Shown here: piece by piece, positions 25,053-33,838 of the stretch
Position numbering within the stretch: position 1 is the first letter of the stretch
Layout: every line of letters begins with the position of its first letter
Source: an uncultured Acetobacteraceae bacterium
GTDB lineage: Bacteria; Pseudomonadota; Alphaproteobacteria; Acetobacterales; Acetobacteraceae
DNA: 64,000 nt
NCBI GenBank assembly: GCA_964247685.1
Contig: CAXTVZ010000001.1
Span: 56,800 to 120,799, forward strand
Direction of reading: 5' to 3'
Translations under genes and position numbers: made by a program
The notes under the pieces: generated by a model
Database searches by the model: none
What the model saw: the letters and a program-made list of their open reading frames with translations, nothing else
Told to the model about the DNA's origin: nothing

Positions 25053-25282
25053 TGTTAGCCGAGAAGAAGCTGACCGAAGCGGCGCGGTGGCGCGCTGTCG
25101 TTCACTACCGCACCGACAACGGGCCGGTGGACGTGGAGCTATGGCTTTTGGAGTTGCACGAGCTGCACAGCCACGTGGAGTTAGGTCCGCACTGGGACAC
25201 GATCGAACGCATCGAAGTGTTCCGGGTGAACCACACGAGCGATGGCGCGAACCTCACAGTGGAGCAGGCGGCTGGACGATGA
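25052..25282 (+). CDS. hypothetical protein
   Basis: GTG overlaps previous stop. Confidence 0.5.
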   Translation: MLAEKKLTEAARWRAVVHYRTDNGPVDVELWLLELHELHSHVELGPHWDTIERIEVFRVNHTSDGANLTVEQAAGR

Positions 25283-25605
25283 TGCGGGAGTATCGCGTCT
25301 TCATCTACTACCGAACGAAGCGCGGTAGGACGAGATGTGGCATGACGCTCAAAGCGGAGAACGCCGACGCCGCCGACAAGGCCGGGCGCAAGCTGCTGCT
25401 CAGCGGTCGTCCGGCGCGGGTGTGGCAGAGCACAGAGGTGCTTCTCGACGGCGTTCCGCAGGCGCTGACCTGCGCCATGACACAACCTCAACTGCGCGAG
25501 CGCCTGGACGCGTTGCTGGCCGAAGCAAGCGCCGGTGGCCTGACAAACGGCTACATCCTGCCGGTGCTCGAGGACGCAGTCGAGCGTGTCGGCGACATGC
25601 TTTAG
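25279..25605 (+). CDS. hypothetical protein
   Basis: ATGA overlap. Confidence 0.5.
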   Translation: MMREYRVFIYYRTKRGRTRCGMTLKAENADAADKAGRKLLLSGRPARVWQSTEVLLDGVPQALTCAMTQPQLRERLDALLAEASAGGLTNGYILPVLEDAVERVGDML

Positions 25606-25618
25606 GAGTCATAAGAAA

Positions 25619-26002
25619 ATGCCTACCGATGCAGCGCGTTCGCTTTCCGCGATTGACGACATCGCCGCCGAACGCCGCCGCCAAGTCGAAGGTGAAGGAT
25701 GGACGATTGAGCACGACGACGGGCACAGCGATGGAGAGCTGGCCCAAGCCGCCGGATGTTACGCTCTCTACTCCGGCGGGTATCGGTCCTTTACCATGCG
25801 CTTCGGCAGCGGTGGTGACGCGAAAACGCCCGGCGTCGTTCCGCGCGGTTGGCCGTTCGGATGGGCGGCAGAGTCGTGGAAACCTTCAGGCGCACGCCGA
25901 GACCTTGTCAAAGCCGGCGCATTGATCGTAGCCGAAATCGAACGCCTCGACCGCGCGGAAGCGGCTAAACAGGCGGCCGACGGCGCGGGGCTCGTAGCCT
26001 GA
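25619..26002 (+). CDS. hypothetical protein
   Basis: AGGAG upstream; AERRRQVEGEGWTIEHDDGHSDGELAQAAGCYA pattern seen in many phage proteins. Confidence 0.55.
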   Translation: MPTDAARSLSAIDDIAAERRRQVEGEGWTIEHDDGHSDGELAQAAGCYALYSGGYRSFTMRFGSGGDAKTPGVVPRGWPFGWAAESWKPSGARRDLVKAGALIVAEIERLDRAEAAKQAADGAGLVA

Positions 26003-26295
26003 TGCCCCCGCGCATCGACACCGGCATGGACCCGATCATGCAGCAGCATCGGGAGAACATGCAGGTCACGATGGAGGCGCTGACGCGCTGCTTCCCCGGC
26101 GTTGGGCTATGCCTGTTCCTGTTCGACCAGCAGGCCGGCCAGCCGCGGGCAAATTACATCAGCAACACGGACCGCAAGCGGACGGTCGAGGCCGTCCGGG
26201 AATGGGTAGCGCGCCAAGATGCCGCTACCATGGCCGACGCAGTCGCCCGAGCGGCGGCGAAGCCCGACAGCCAGCCGGGCGGGGCAGGGGCATGA
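26002..26295 (+). CDS. hypothetical protein
   Basis: TGATG overlap. Confidence 0.5.
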   Translation: MPPRIDTGMDPIMQQHRENMQVTMEALTRCFPGVGLCLFLFDQQAGQPRANYISNTDRKRTVEAVREWVARQDAATMADAVARAAAKPDSQPGGAGA

Positions 26296-26681
26296 CCATC
26301 TTCTACTTCGGCTGCATGGACCGTGCCGGCCATTACATGCACGCGCCGTTGCGTGCGTCCCAAGACGCGCGGCTGAAAGTGCGCGACCTGCTGCGAACCA
26401 ACCCATGGGGCACCAGCGTAGACGGCGGTCTATGCTTGGGCGGTCCTCAGGTGGAGGGGATTGCGTTGCTGCATAGGCGTGCCGGTTGGACGGCGGTGGC
26501 CTTTTGGGACCGCAGCGTCGACCATCGAGGCAACAGCTGCAGCGTCTTCCTTGCCGAGGGCGAGCACGACTTCGACGGCGTGCTCGGCCTGGCCCGCGAG
26601 TTCTTCCCCAAAGTCATGGGCCGGTTCAGCTTCCCGATCGTGTCTGGAGAGGCGTTGACGCAAGGCGAGGCGCCAAGGTGA
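26292..26681 (+). CDS. hypothetical protein
   Basis: ATGA overlap; 129 aa. Confidence 0.55.
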   Translation: MTIFYFGCMDRAGHYMHAPLRASQDARLKVRDLLRTNPWGTSVDGGLCLGGPQVEGIALLHRRAGWTAVAFWDRSVDHRGNSCSVFLAEGEHDFDGVLGLAREFFPKVMGRFSFPIVSGEALTQGEAPR

Positions 26682-26747
26682 CCGACTCGGCGGCGCCGAC
26701 CGCGCGCCCGAGTCGCGCGGCGTCTTGTTCTCGGCCTGTTCCCCTGC

Positions 26748-27056
26748 TTGGGTGCCGCAGTGGGCCACACCGTCTCTGCCAGCCGCCGCGCCAGCAACGC
26801 CATGCGCACCCGCGTGGCCGATCTGGCCGGCTGGCACCTTGCGGTGGACTGCGGCACGTCGCAGTGCGCCCGAGGCCGCGTCTACGACCTGCGGGCGCTG
26901 GAGCGCGCCCACCCGGGCCTCCTGCTGGGCGAGGCCGTCAGGCGCATGCGCTGCCAGGCCTGCGGCCGGTGGCCGGCCAGCGCCGCGCTGGTGCCGTGGG
27001 ATCAGGAGCTAAAGCGGCGCGGCCGCGTGCCGGTCGTCGGACCCGGCAGCTGTTGA
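26748..27056 (+). CDS. Cys-rich protein
   Basis: Start uncertain (TTG 26748 or ATG 26802); CGTSQC...CQACG. Confidence 0.45.
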   Translation: MGAAVGHTVSASRRASNAMRTRVADLAGWHLAVDCGTSQCARGRVYDLRALERAHPGLLLGEAVRRMRCQACGRWPASAALVPWDQELKRRGRVPVVGPGSC

Positions 27057-27078
27057 GGCCTGCAAAAGGTGCGGACCG

Positions 27079-28719
27079 GTGGTGACCACGGCGATAACCG
27101 TCCTGACCGATGGCATGCTCGACGACCGCTTCGCGACGGTCGGCACGTCCGGCAGCGGCAAGACCTATGCGATGAAAGGGTTGGCGGAGCGCAAGCTGGC
27201 CGAGGGCGCCCGCGTCTGCGTCGTCGACCCCCTCGGGGTTTGGTGGGGGTTGCGCTCAAACAGGGCCGGCAACGGGCCTGGCTACCCGGTGGTGGTCTTC
27301 GGCGGCCGCTACGCCGACGTGGCGCTGACCGACGCGATGGGCGCGCAGCTCGGCAGGATCGTCGGCACGACCCACATACAATGCGTCATCGACCTGTCCG
27401 GCCTGGGCAGCGGCGCGGCTGTCCGCCGCCTGATGACGGCGTTCTGCGAGGCGCTCTACGAGGTCAACACGCAGCCGCTGCACCTCGTCTTTGATGAAGC
27501 CGACCTGTTTGCGCCCCAGAAGCCCATGCCGGAGGCGCGCCGCCTGCTCGGCCTGGTGGACGAGATCGTGCGCCGCGGCCGCGTGCGCGGGTTCATTCCC
27601 TGGCTCATTTCGCAACGCCCTGCGGTGCTCAACAAGGACGTACTGTCGATGGCCGACGTCCTGATCGCCATGCGGTTGACGTCCAGCCAGGACCGCAAAG
27701 CCATCGGCGGCTGGATCGAAGGCCAAGCGGACCGCGAGGACGGCAAGCGCATCCTGGCGACCCTGCCGCGGCTTCAGCAGGGGGAGGGCTACGTGTGGGC
27801 GCCGGCGGTGCCGAAGCTGGAGCGGGTCTACTTCGACTGGATCCGGACGTTCGATAGCTCGAAGACGCCGAAGCGGGGCGAAAAGGGGACGGCGCCGACC
27901 GGTCTCGCCGAGGTGGACATCTCGGCGATCGTCGCCGCTTTGGCTATCCCGCCTGTCATCGCGCGTGCTCCCGAAAAGTCTGGCGCGCCGGACCAGTCGG
28001 CGCGAATTGCCGACCTCGAGCAGCACCTTGCGGCCGAGCGCGCGAAGGTCCGAGACCTCGAGGCGCGCCTTGGCCGGCTGACCGCCTGGCAGGCGGATCT
28101 CGGCGGCCTAGTTGCGAAGTTTGACTCTCTCGCGGGCGCCGCCGGCGATAGGCAAGCGGCCTTGCCTATCGCCCAGCCGCCTCAACCGCGGCAGTACACG
28201 CCCGCTGCTGCCGTAGCCGAGCGGCGCCAGCCAGCGCGCCAGCTGGCTGGCCTGCACCCGGCCGCGCGCAAGCTGCTGGCCGTGCTCGCCCAGCTCACGC
28301 CGGCGCGGTTCACCTGGGGGCAGGCGGCCACCCTGGCCAGCCTCAAGCCCAGCGGCGGCCACTTCAACGCCGGCCGCAAGGATCTGCGCGACCGCTCCTA
28401 CGTCGCCGAGGACGGCGACCTAGTCGCCGCCTCCGAGATCGGTCTGTCGGCCGCGGGCGAGGTGCCACCCGCACCGGCGAACGCGGCCGAGCGTCTCGAG
28501 ATGTGGTGCGCCCGGCTGCCTAGCCCGGCGCCTGACATCTTGCGCCGATTGGTGGCCAACGGTGGGGCGGCGGCGTCAGCCTTCGCCCTCGCCGAGCAGC
28601 TCGGCAAGAAACCAAGCGGCGGACACTGGAACTCAGGGGTGGCCATGCTGCGCAACAACGGCTTGATCGAGGTGCTTGGGCACGGCGAGATGCGGGCTGC
28701 CGAGGCGCTGCGCTCGTGA
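27079..28719 (+). CDS. HerA/FtsK-like P-loop ATPase with two C-terminal wHTH-like repeats
   Basis: GTSGSGKTYAM Walker A, LVFDEADLFAP Walker B, repeats KPSGGHFNAGRKDLRDRSYV and KPSGGHWNSGVAMLRNNGLI. Confidence 0.7.
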   Translation: MVTTAITVLTDGMLDDRFATVGTSGSGKTYAMKGLAERKLAEGARVCVVDPLGVWWGLRSNRAGNGPGYPVVVFGGRYADVALTDAMGAQLGRIVGTTHIQCVIDLSGLGSGAAVRRLMTAFCEALYEVNTQPLHLVFDEADLFAPQKPMPEARRLLGLVDEIVRRGRVRGFIPWLISQRPAVLNKDVLSMADVLIAMRLTSSQDRKAIGGWIEGQADREDGKRILATLPRLQQGEGYVWAPAVPKLERVYFDWIRTFDSSKTPKRGEKGTAPTGLAEVDISAIVAALAIPPVIARAPEKSGAPDQSARIADLEQHLAAERAKVRDLEARLGRLTAWQADLGGLVAKFDSLAGAAGDRQAALPIAQPPQPRQYTPAAAVAERRQPARQLAGLHPAARKLLAVLAQLTPARFTWGQAATLASLKPSGGHFNAGRKDLRDRSYVAEDGDLVAASEIGLSAAGEVPPAPANAAERLEMWCARLPSPAPDILRRLVANGGAAASAFALAEQLGKKPSGGHWNSGVAMLRNNGLIEVLGHGEMRAAEALRS

Positions 28720-28997
28720 GCGCGCCCCCGGTCGTCGTCTCCACGGACTACATGGCCAAGGCGCAACATCGCCTGCGCGGGCGATTGCCAATGTGGGTCG
28801 TATATCGGCCGACCACCCGCGAGTATCCCGGCTTCTGGGTGGCTCGCATGCACGTCACCCTGCCTGCGCCGCGGCCGACGCGCTTCGTCATCACGCATGA
28901 CACTTTGGCGGACCTTCGGGGTCTCCTGCCGGTCGGCTTGGCGAACTTCGGCCGGCAGGCCGGCGACGGTGCGGAAATTGAGGAAGTTTGGTTCTAG
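28716..28997 (+). CDS. hypothetical protein
   Basis: GTGA overlap. Confidence 0.5.
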   Translation: MSAPPVVVSTDYMAKAQHRLRGRLPMWVVYRPTTREYPGFWVARMHVTLPAPRPTRFVITHDTLADLRGLLPVGLANFGRQAGDGAEIEEVWF

Positions 28998-29006
28998 GAG
29001 CGGGAC

Positions 29007-29231
29007 TTGGACCGAATGTTTGAGAGCAACACAACGGCCGGCTTAACTGTGCGCGAGGGTGCAAGCCGAGGGCTTGCGCTCGGCCTTCTTGGCGCCGGGC
29101 TACTTGGGCGTCGTGACGAGGGCGGGGCGCGCTACCGGCCACCACCGAAGGTGAAAGGCGACAACGCGAAACGAAGGAAGCAGCGCGCGCAGCGCGCCGC
29201 ACGGAAGATCACCCGACGGCACGCAAAGTAG
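29007..29231 (+). CDS. small basic protein
   Basis: TTG 6 nt after AGGAG; ATG 29016 possible. Confidence 0.4.
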   Translation: MDRMFESNTTAGLTVREGASRGLALGLLGAGLLGRRDEGGARYRPPPKVKGDNAKRRKQRAQRAARKITRRHAK

Positions 29232-29250
29232 ACAGCAGGGGAGCACCGCT

Positions 29251-29499
29251 TTGTCGAGACTCGTTATCAAAAACATCAACACCCCGGACGGTCGCTCGAG
29301 CATGCGGCTGGAGGAGACCTTTTGGGACGCCGCACGCGACATCTGCCTTCGCGAGAACATCGACTTGACCGAGCTGATAGTGCGGGCCGACCCGAAAGGG
29401 GCAAAGGGCGAGCGCACCAGCAGGGTTCGCGACTACGTGCTGCGGTATTACCGCAAAGCCGCCAAGCTGCCGGCCGTCAACGTCGCTGAGGCGGCCTAG
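29251..29499 (+). CDS. ribbon-helix-helix protein (RHH_4-like)
   Basis: RSSMRLEETFWDAARDICLRENIDLTELI...VRDYVLRYY. Confidence 0.6.
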   Translation: MSRLVIKNINTPDGRSSMRLEETFWDAARDICLRENIDLTELIVRADPKGAKGERTSRVRDYVLRYYRKAAKLPAVNVAEAA

Positions 29500-29501
29500 G
29501 G

Positions 29502-30014
29502 GTGCCGGAGAACAGGAAGCACAAAGAGGCGTTCGCGCTCATGTGGTATGGGTGCGCCTGCGGCCACCGCGAGCGCATCTGGAACAGCCGCGACGGCGTA
29601 ACGCCGTTCTGCTGCGAGTGCCCCTCGTGCGGTGAACTCAACTTGCACCACGTCAACTTTGGCCTGGACCTGCCGGCAGAGGATCATGTCCCGCACAGGG
29701 GTCAACGCGTGTGGCGGAACGGTTCACCGGACGATGCTGGCGACATCATGGCGAGGCGCATTGCGTCTTCCCGAAACGCCGGGTTCGAAATTGACCAGGC
29801 GCATGCCGAGCGTCTGATCAGCGACGCGCGTGGGGGCAGGCTCGGTTTCGATCCGGGGTTTAGGTCAGTTCAAACGCCGTGTTCCAGGCATGCACCGCAA
29901 CTTCCGCACGGCGTTGATCCTCGCGCGTCGGGCCGACATGCACACAGATCGTCGGCGCCGGCAGGCTGTCATTGTGGTAGTCCATGGGAGCCGGACGCGG
30001 CGGAACGTCGATGA
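29502..30014 (+). CDS. zinc-ribbon protein (3' end doubtful)
   Basis: CACGH...CCECPSCG; last about 155 nt run antisense through CDS 29860..30126. Confidence 0.45.
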   Translation: MPENRKHKEAFALMWYGCACGHRERIWNSRDGVTPFCCECPSCGELNLHHVNFGLDLPAEDHVPHRGQRVWRNGSPDDAGDIMARRIASSRNAGFEIDQAHAERLISDARGGRLGFDPGFRSVQTPCSRHAPQLPHGVDPRASGRHAHRSSAPAGCHCGSPWEPDAAERR

Positions 30015-30126
30015 TGAAGCAGGTGTCGTTCATCGCGCCGACGTAGAGCTTAGGGATGCGTGGCGGCTTGTAGGCAAAATTGCCCGGCGTCTTTTCGTCG
30101 GCGTAGGGAAAGCCATCGTGCGGCAT
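29860..30126 (-). CDS. hypothetical protein
   Basis: AGGAG 6 nt upstream of ATG 30126; start of low-GC island. Confidence 0.5.
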   Translation of the reverse strand: MPHDGFPYADEKTPGNFAYKPPRIPKLYVGAMNDTCFIIDVPPRPAPMDYHNDSLPAPTICVHVGPTREDQRRAEVAVHAWNTAFELT

Positions 30127-30230
30127 GTTAGGTCTCCTGTCTGGGGGTTTGTCGTTGCCCCGATCCGACGCGCGCACGCTCGGGGCCACACATGTTCGTA
30201 GACGTTAGGTCATCGCCCGCGCGACGGAAG

Positions 30231-30491
30231 TCACGCAGCCTCTTGAAGGCTGATCCAAGTGCCTTGATTGCCCATCACATAAGGAAACGGGCCGAACTCG
30301 CTGGTGTAGCATTGCACCGGAAGCATTTCGCCCAGAACCATGAAACGCATCATCGTTTCAGCGGCATGGTTCCAGTCCTCTTCGTTCCAGCGCGTGCGTC
30401 CAGCTTTGCGCATCTGCGCATTACCAGCGTCTTGTCCGGAAGCGCGAGCCAGGGATTCAGTCAGAACCACACCAGTGCTGTGTTTCGCCAT
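30231..30491 (-). CDS. hypothetical protein
   Basis: 86 aa, GGAGG upstream. Confidence 0.5.
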   Translation of the reverse strand: MAKHSTGVVLTESLARASGQDAGNAQMRKAGRTRWNEEDWNHAAETMMRFMVLGEMLPVQCYTSEFGPFPYVMGNQGTWISLQEAA

Positions 30492-30512
30492 GTTGTCCTC
30501 CGTTCGTGCTTG

Positions 30513-30746
30513 CTAACGTTTCGGCGTCCACCCAGTCGGCGCTTCTGGCCGAGGAATCGGCGCCCACAAAACAGGATCAGATATCGCTTCATCGGCCGCA
30601 TCTCGCCATTCTTTTTCGCCAAACCCATTCTCGGAAAACCAAGCAATCGTCGTAAAGCCCATAGCCCAAGGATGCTTTTCGTCGCACCGATAGACCAGAA
30701 CTTCCTCGCCTTCCGGCGCACATTCGATTGGCTTCCACTCAACCAT
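30513..30746 (-). CDS. DUF551-like protein
   Basis: MVEWKPIECAPEGEEVLVY...VLWAPIPRP. Confidence 0.5.
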   Translation of the reverse strand: MVEWKPIECAPEGEEVLVYRCDEKHPWAMGFTTIAWFSENGFGEKEWRDAADEAISDPVLWAPIPRPEAPTGWTPKR

Positions 30747-30772
30747 TGCGGCTCTCTTTATGGGATCGGGGT

Positions 30773-30937
30773 TTAGAGGTTGCGCAAAAATGGACGCGCC
30801 TGCTGAGCCTGAAATACCCAATCATCATCCCAAAGCTCATGCTCAAAGGATCCAGGCTTGTGCGGATTTTCATCGCGCGTGGCGCCTCCGATGTAGGCCC
30901 ATATGCCATTCAAAAGTCTTTGCGCGTCGCTTGCCAT
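30773..30937 (-). CDS. hypothetical protein
   Basis: 54 aa, GGAGG upstream of ATG 30937. Confidence 0.4.
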   Translation of the reverse strand: MASDAQRLLNGIWAYIGGATRDENPHKPGSFEHELWDDDWVFQAQQARPFLRNL

Positions 30938-30972
30938 GAGTGCCTCCAGTCTCGGAGTTAGCGAGGCGGCGC

Positions 30973-31305
30973 CTAAGCCGCCATTGACACACATTCGAAC
31001 CGGCCTCTGCCGTGGTTCTTGCCGCCGCATGAGCACTCGCAATTCATCACGCGGCCCTGAGCGTTGATGCAGCGAGCATCGCACTCGTGCTTACTGGGGT
31101 TCGACTTGTAGGTTACGGAACGCGTCACTGGCAGAGGCTCACGGCTTCCGGCCGCGTAGCCCACCATCATGCTCCAGCCATCGTAGCGGCGCCCCTGGGT
31201 GCCAGGGAAGAGGGCCGCGAACTCGGCATTTCGCATCCCAGTCAAGTTGCCCACCAGAAGGACCGTCTCGCCGCCAAAATCGCTGTAGCTCTTCACGTTG
31301 GCCAT
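30973..31305 (-). CDS. hypothetical protein with C-terminal Cys cluster
   Basis: KHECDARCINAQGRVMNCECSCGGKNHG. Confidence 0.55.
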   Translation of the reverse strand: MANVKSYSDFGGETVLLVGNLTGMRNAEFAALFPGTQGRRYDGWSMMVGYAAGSREPLPVTRSVTYKSNPSKHECDARCINAQGRVMNCECSCGGKNHGRGRFECVSMAA

Positions 31306-31338
31306 TTGGTGTCTCCGTCTCGATGACTCCTTTATGAC

Positions 31339-31393
31339 ACCACAATGTTAAACGGTCAACAACAATCTTGCACACCGTGAACGCTTGTGTCAT
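31339..31393. promoter_or_regulatory. divergent control region with long-range inverted repeat
   Basis: TTATGACAC ... GTGTCATAA arms about 35 nt apart, enclosing CAACAacaaTCTTGCA. Confidence 0.35.
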
Positions 31394-31402
31394 AAGGTGG
31401 CC

Positions 31403-31573
31403 ATGCCCTACGACGCAGCAGTGACCAAAGATGTCTTCCTCGGGATGCGGTTGGAGTCGGACGAGAGCGCAGCCCTCAAGGCGGCTGCGAAAGACGACGA
31501 CCGGGCCATGAGCGCGATGGCGCGGAAGATCATCGTGGATTGGCTCAAGGCGAACGGGCGGCTGCCGAAGTGA
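31403..31573 (+). CDS. ribbon-helix-helix (CopG/Arc-like) protein
   Basis: FLGMRLESDESAALKAAAKDDDRAMSAMARKIIVDWL; AAGGTGG upstream. Confidence 0.55.
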   Translation: MPYDAAVTKDVFLGMRLESDESAALKAAAKDDDRAMSAMARKIIVDWLKANGRLPK

Positions 31574-31641
31574 GCAGAGTCACCGAAACCTGTCCCGTAA
31601 CCTCTGACTCGGCTGTAAACGGGCGAGAGGGAAAACACAAC

Positions 31642-32256
31642 GTGCAAGCGCCGCAGGAACCTCGCCAGCACCTAGTCGGCTACGCGCGGGTCTCAATGAG
31701 CGATCAGAACACCCAGCGCCAGATAGACGAGCTGAAGGCTTTCGGGGTGGCCGAGAGCGACATTTTCCAGGACACGAAATCCGGCAAGACGATGAACCGG
31801 CCGGGCTGGAAGAACCTCTGGCGGGACGTGCGCGAGGGCGACCTGCTCGTGGTCCATGCGCTCGACCGCCTCGGCCGCGACATGCTGGAGGTGATGGCGA
31901 TCCTGGACGAGCTGGATCGCCGCAAGGTCCAGGTGAAGATACTCACCTTCGGGCTCGACACCCGCACGCCGATGGGCCGGTTCGTCCTGAGCATCTTGCT
32001 TTCTGTGGCCGAACTGGAGCGCAACATGATCGTGGAACGCACCCGGCACGGCCTGGCGAAGGCGCGGGAGCGCGGGCGGATCGGCGGGCGGCCCGAACGG
32101 CTAAGCGAGGCGAAGGTGCTGGAGGCCATCCGGCGCGAGAAGGCCGGCGAGTTTCTAAGCGACATCGCCAAGGAGTTCGGGGTGGGCCGGAACACTCTCT
32201 ACAAGCGGCGGAAAGACACGATGGACGCGCAGCGAGCCAAGGAGAAAGCAAAGTGA
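31642..32256 (+). CDS. serine recombinase, invertase/resolvase type with C-terminal HTH
   Basis: LVGYARVSMSDQNTQRQ, VVHALDRLGRD, ERNMIVERTRHGLAKARERGRIGGRP, SDIAKEFGVGRNTLYKRR; GTG start after GAGAGGGA. Confidence 0.9.
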   Translation: MQAPQEPRQHLVGYARVSMSDQNTQRQIDELKAFGVAESDIFQDTKSGKTMNRPGWKNLWRDVREGDLLVVHALDRLGRDMLEVMAILDELDRRKVQVKILTFGLDTRTPMGRFVLSILLSVAELERNMIVERTRHGLAKARERGRIGGRPERLSEAKVLEAIRREKAGEFLSDIAKEFGVGRNTLYKRRKDTMDAQRAKEKAK

Positions 32257-32531
32257 GCACCGAACCCACTGCCCAGCAAACCCAAGTTGACCCGCCTAGA
32301 GTCGTTGCCGACTGGCGTCCGTTTCCTGAAACGGCTCCAAGAGATCGCCGCATTTTAGTTCGAGGTCGTTGGCGTCCGCATGATTTCCGGGCGGGTGGAG
32401 AGACCTGCATCGAAATCGCAAGCTGGTCTACCGTCATGTCGGACGGTAGTGGCTACCATTGGATGCTTGGCCTAGGCAGCTTGGACCGCTGGAACGTTGA
32501 TTTTACTGAGTGGACGGACTTGCCATCATGA
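32253..32531 (+). CDS. DUF551-like protein, leader-family member a
   Basis: GTGA overlap with recombinase stop; VSTEPTAQQTQ leader; WRPFPETAP...FTEWTDLP. Confidence 0.55.
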   Translation: MSTEPTAQQTQVDPPRVVADWRPFPETAPRDRRILVRGRWRPHDFRAGGETCIEIASWSTVMSDGSGYHWMLGLGSLDRWNVDFTEWTDLPS

Positions 32532-32804
32532 CCGGACCTACTGCCCAACAAACCCCCATTAGCTGCCGATCGCCTGCGGCTAGACTACATTAACAGTCTT
32601 CCGCAACCATTTACTCTCCGCCAATACGGCGACAAGCAAACATGGCCGCTCGAATCAATCGACGTTCAAACCGGAATACTTCGGTTCGACGTGTGCGGCA
32701 AACTTCAGGCCGGGCACATAGGCGACGTTGCCGAGTTCATCGACGCAGAGGGTGTAAGCCACGAACCCGATACCTTCTATTCTGACTACGAGGCTGCACC
32801 ATGA
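32528..32804 (+). pseudogene. leader-family member b, interrupted by a +1 frame change
   Basis: MTGPTAQQTP then stop after 21 codons; the +1 frame continues LAADRLRLDYINSLPQPF...SDYEAAP to TGA 32802-32804; junction at AACCCCCA. Confidence 0.4.
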
Positions 32805-33025
32805 GCACCGAACCGCAAACCCAGATCTTACACCGCCTGCGCGATTGGCCGGATGGCCTTACAGTTGAGGCGGATCAGAAGCGTGCCAAGCTTGCTCAGC
32901 AAGCGGCAGACGAGATTAAGCGACTGCGCGAAGCTTTGACCGAGATAGCGACAGGCAAAGACCGCGAGGGACTTATTGCTGACTTCCCCCGTAAGCGTGC
33001 TCAGGATGCACTAGATGGCCGATGA
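32801..33025 (+). CDS. leader-family member c
   Basis: MSTEPQTQILHRLRDW; ATGA overlap. Confidence 0.5.
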   Translation: MSTEPQTQILHRLRDWPDGLTVEADQKRAKLAQQAADEIKRLREALTEIATGKDREGLIADFPRKRAQDALDGR

Positions 33026-33257
33026 TCTGCCGTCACCGCAAACCCAGATCAGCGACCGTTTGGTGACTTGGACAATAGGAATTGGCCGGGACGGTTCTGT
33101 CTTTGACGACACACAGACGCACGGCAACAGTTTTGCTGATGTATATCGAGGCTTTTTTGCGATTAAAGATGAGCTTGAACGACAGATAAGCGACCGTCGC
33201 AATTGCCCTTATAACCCTATCAATCCGCAACCACCATCGTTCGAGAGGATGACATGA
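33015..33257 (+). CDS. leader-family member d
   Basis: MADDLPSPQTQISDRLVTW. Confidence 0.5.
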   Translation: MADDLPSPQTQISDRLVTWTIGIGRDGSVFDDTQTHGNSFADVYRGFFAIKDELERQISDRRNCPYNPINPQPPSFERMT

Positions 33258-33472
33258 GCACCGAGGGGGAAAACCACGACTGGCGTGCGGCTATAGCTAC
33301 GCCAGAAGCCGCAGAGGCGCGCCGAATAAACGACGGCGCGCTCCGCGGTAGAAGCCCAACCGCAGAAGAGGCTTCGCACGCGGTTCGATGGATGGGCGAA
33401 GTCGGAATACCCGCAGTGCAAACAGCGATGGCCGAAGCCGAAAGCAGAGGGTGCAGCATCTATGAGCTTTGA
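33254..33472 (+). CDS. leader-family member e
   Basis: MSTEGENHDW; ATGA overlap. Confidence 0.5.
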   Translation: MSTEGENHDWRAAIATPEAAEARRINDGALRGRSPTAEEASHAVRWMGEVGIPAVQTAMAEAESRGCSIYEL

Positions 33473-33617
33473 GAAAAACCAGACCGAGCGCGCCAGCACG
33501 TATCTGGAGATCACCTTTTTCTCTCGCACATGGCGCTGGACCGGCTGGGCAGCAACGTGGCTAGTTTGCGCGGTGCCGCTCGGGGTTGCGTTGGTTGTGG
33601 TGAAGTTCGCATCATGA
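33462..33617 (+). CDS. small membrane peptide (below ORF-track cutoff)
   Basis: 51 aa, WTGWAATWLVCAVPLGVALVVV; ATGA overlap with next gene. Confidence 0.45.
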   Translation: MSFEKNQTERASTYLEITFFSRTWRWTGWAATWLVCAVPLGVALVVVKFAS

Positions 33618-33838
33618 GCACCGAACCGCAAACCCAGACCGACGCTATCAACGCCGCCGTCTTGGCTGAGAGAGAACGTATTGCTCAGGCTCTCGAGGAA
33701 GAAGCTAGGACTACACCGTGCCACGAAGACGCTGTTGTCGTCTTAGATTGCGCGCGGTTGGTAAGAGCCAATTTCTCGTATGACGAAGCCGAACGGCTGC
33801 AAAATGCGGCAGAAAAGGAAGCGGCCGATGCCATCTGA
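33614..33838 (+). CDS. leader-family member g
   Basis: MSTEPQTQTDAIN; first 25 nt identical to 32801-32825. Confidence 0.5.
   Translation: MSTEPQTQTDAINAAVLAERERIAQALEEEARTTPCHEDAVVVLDCARLVRANFSYDEAERLQNAAEKEAADAI

Noticed and set aside
31574-31641. CTGTAAAC, resembling a gix/hix half-site, and GAGTCA...TGACTC just upstream of the serine invertase
   Set aside because: I found only one half-site-like string, no 26-bp dyad and no inverted partner elsewhere in the window. That is too weak to call a recombination site.
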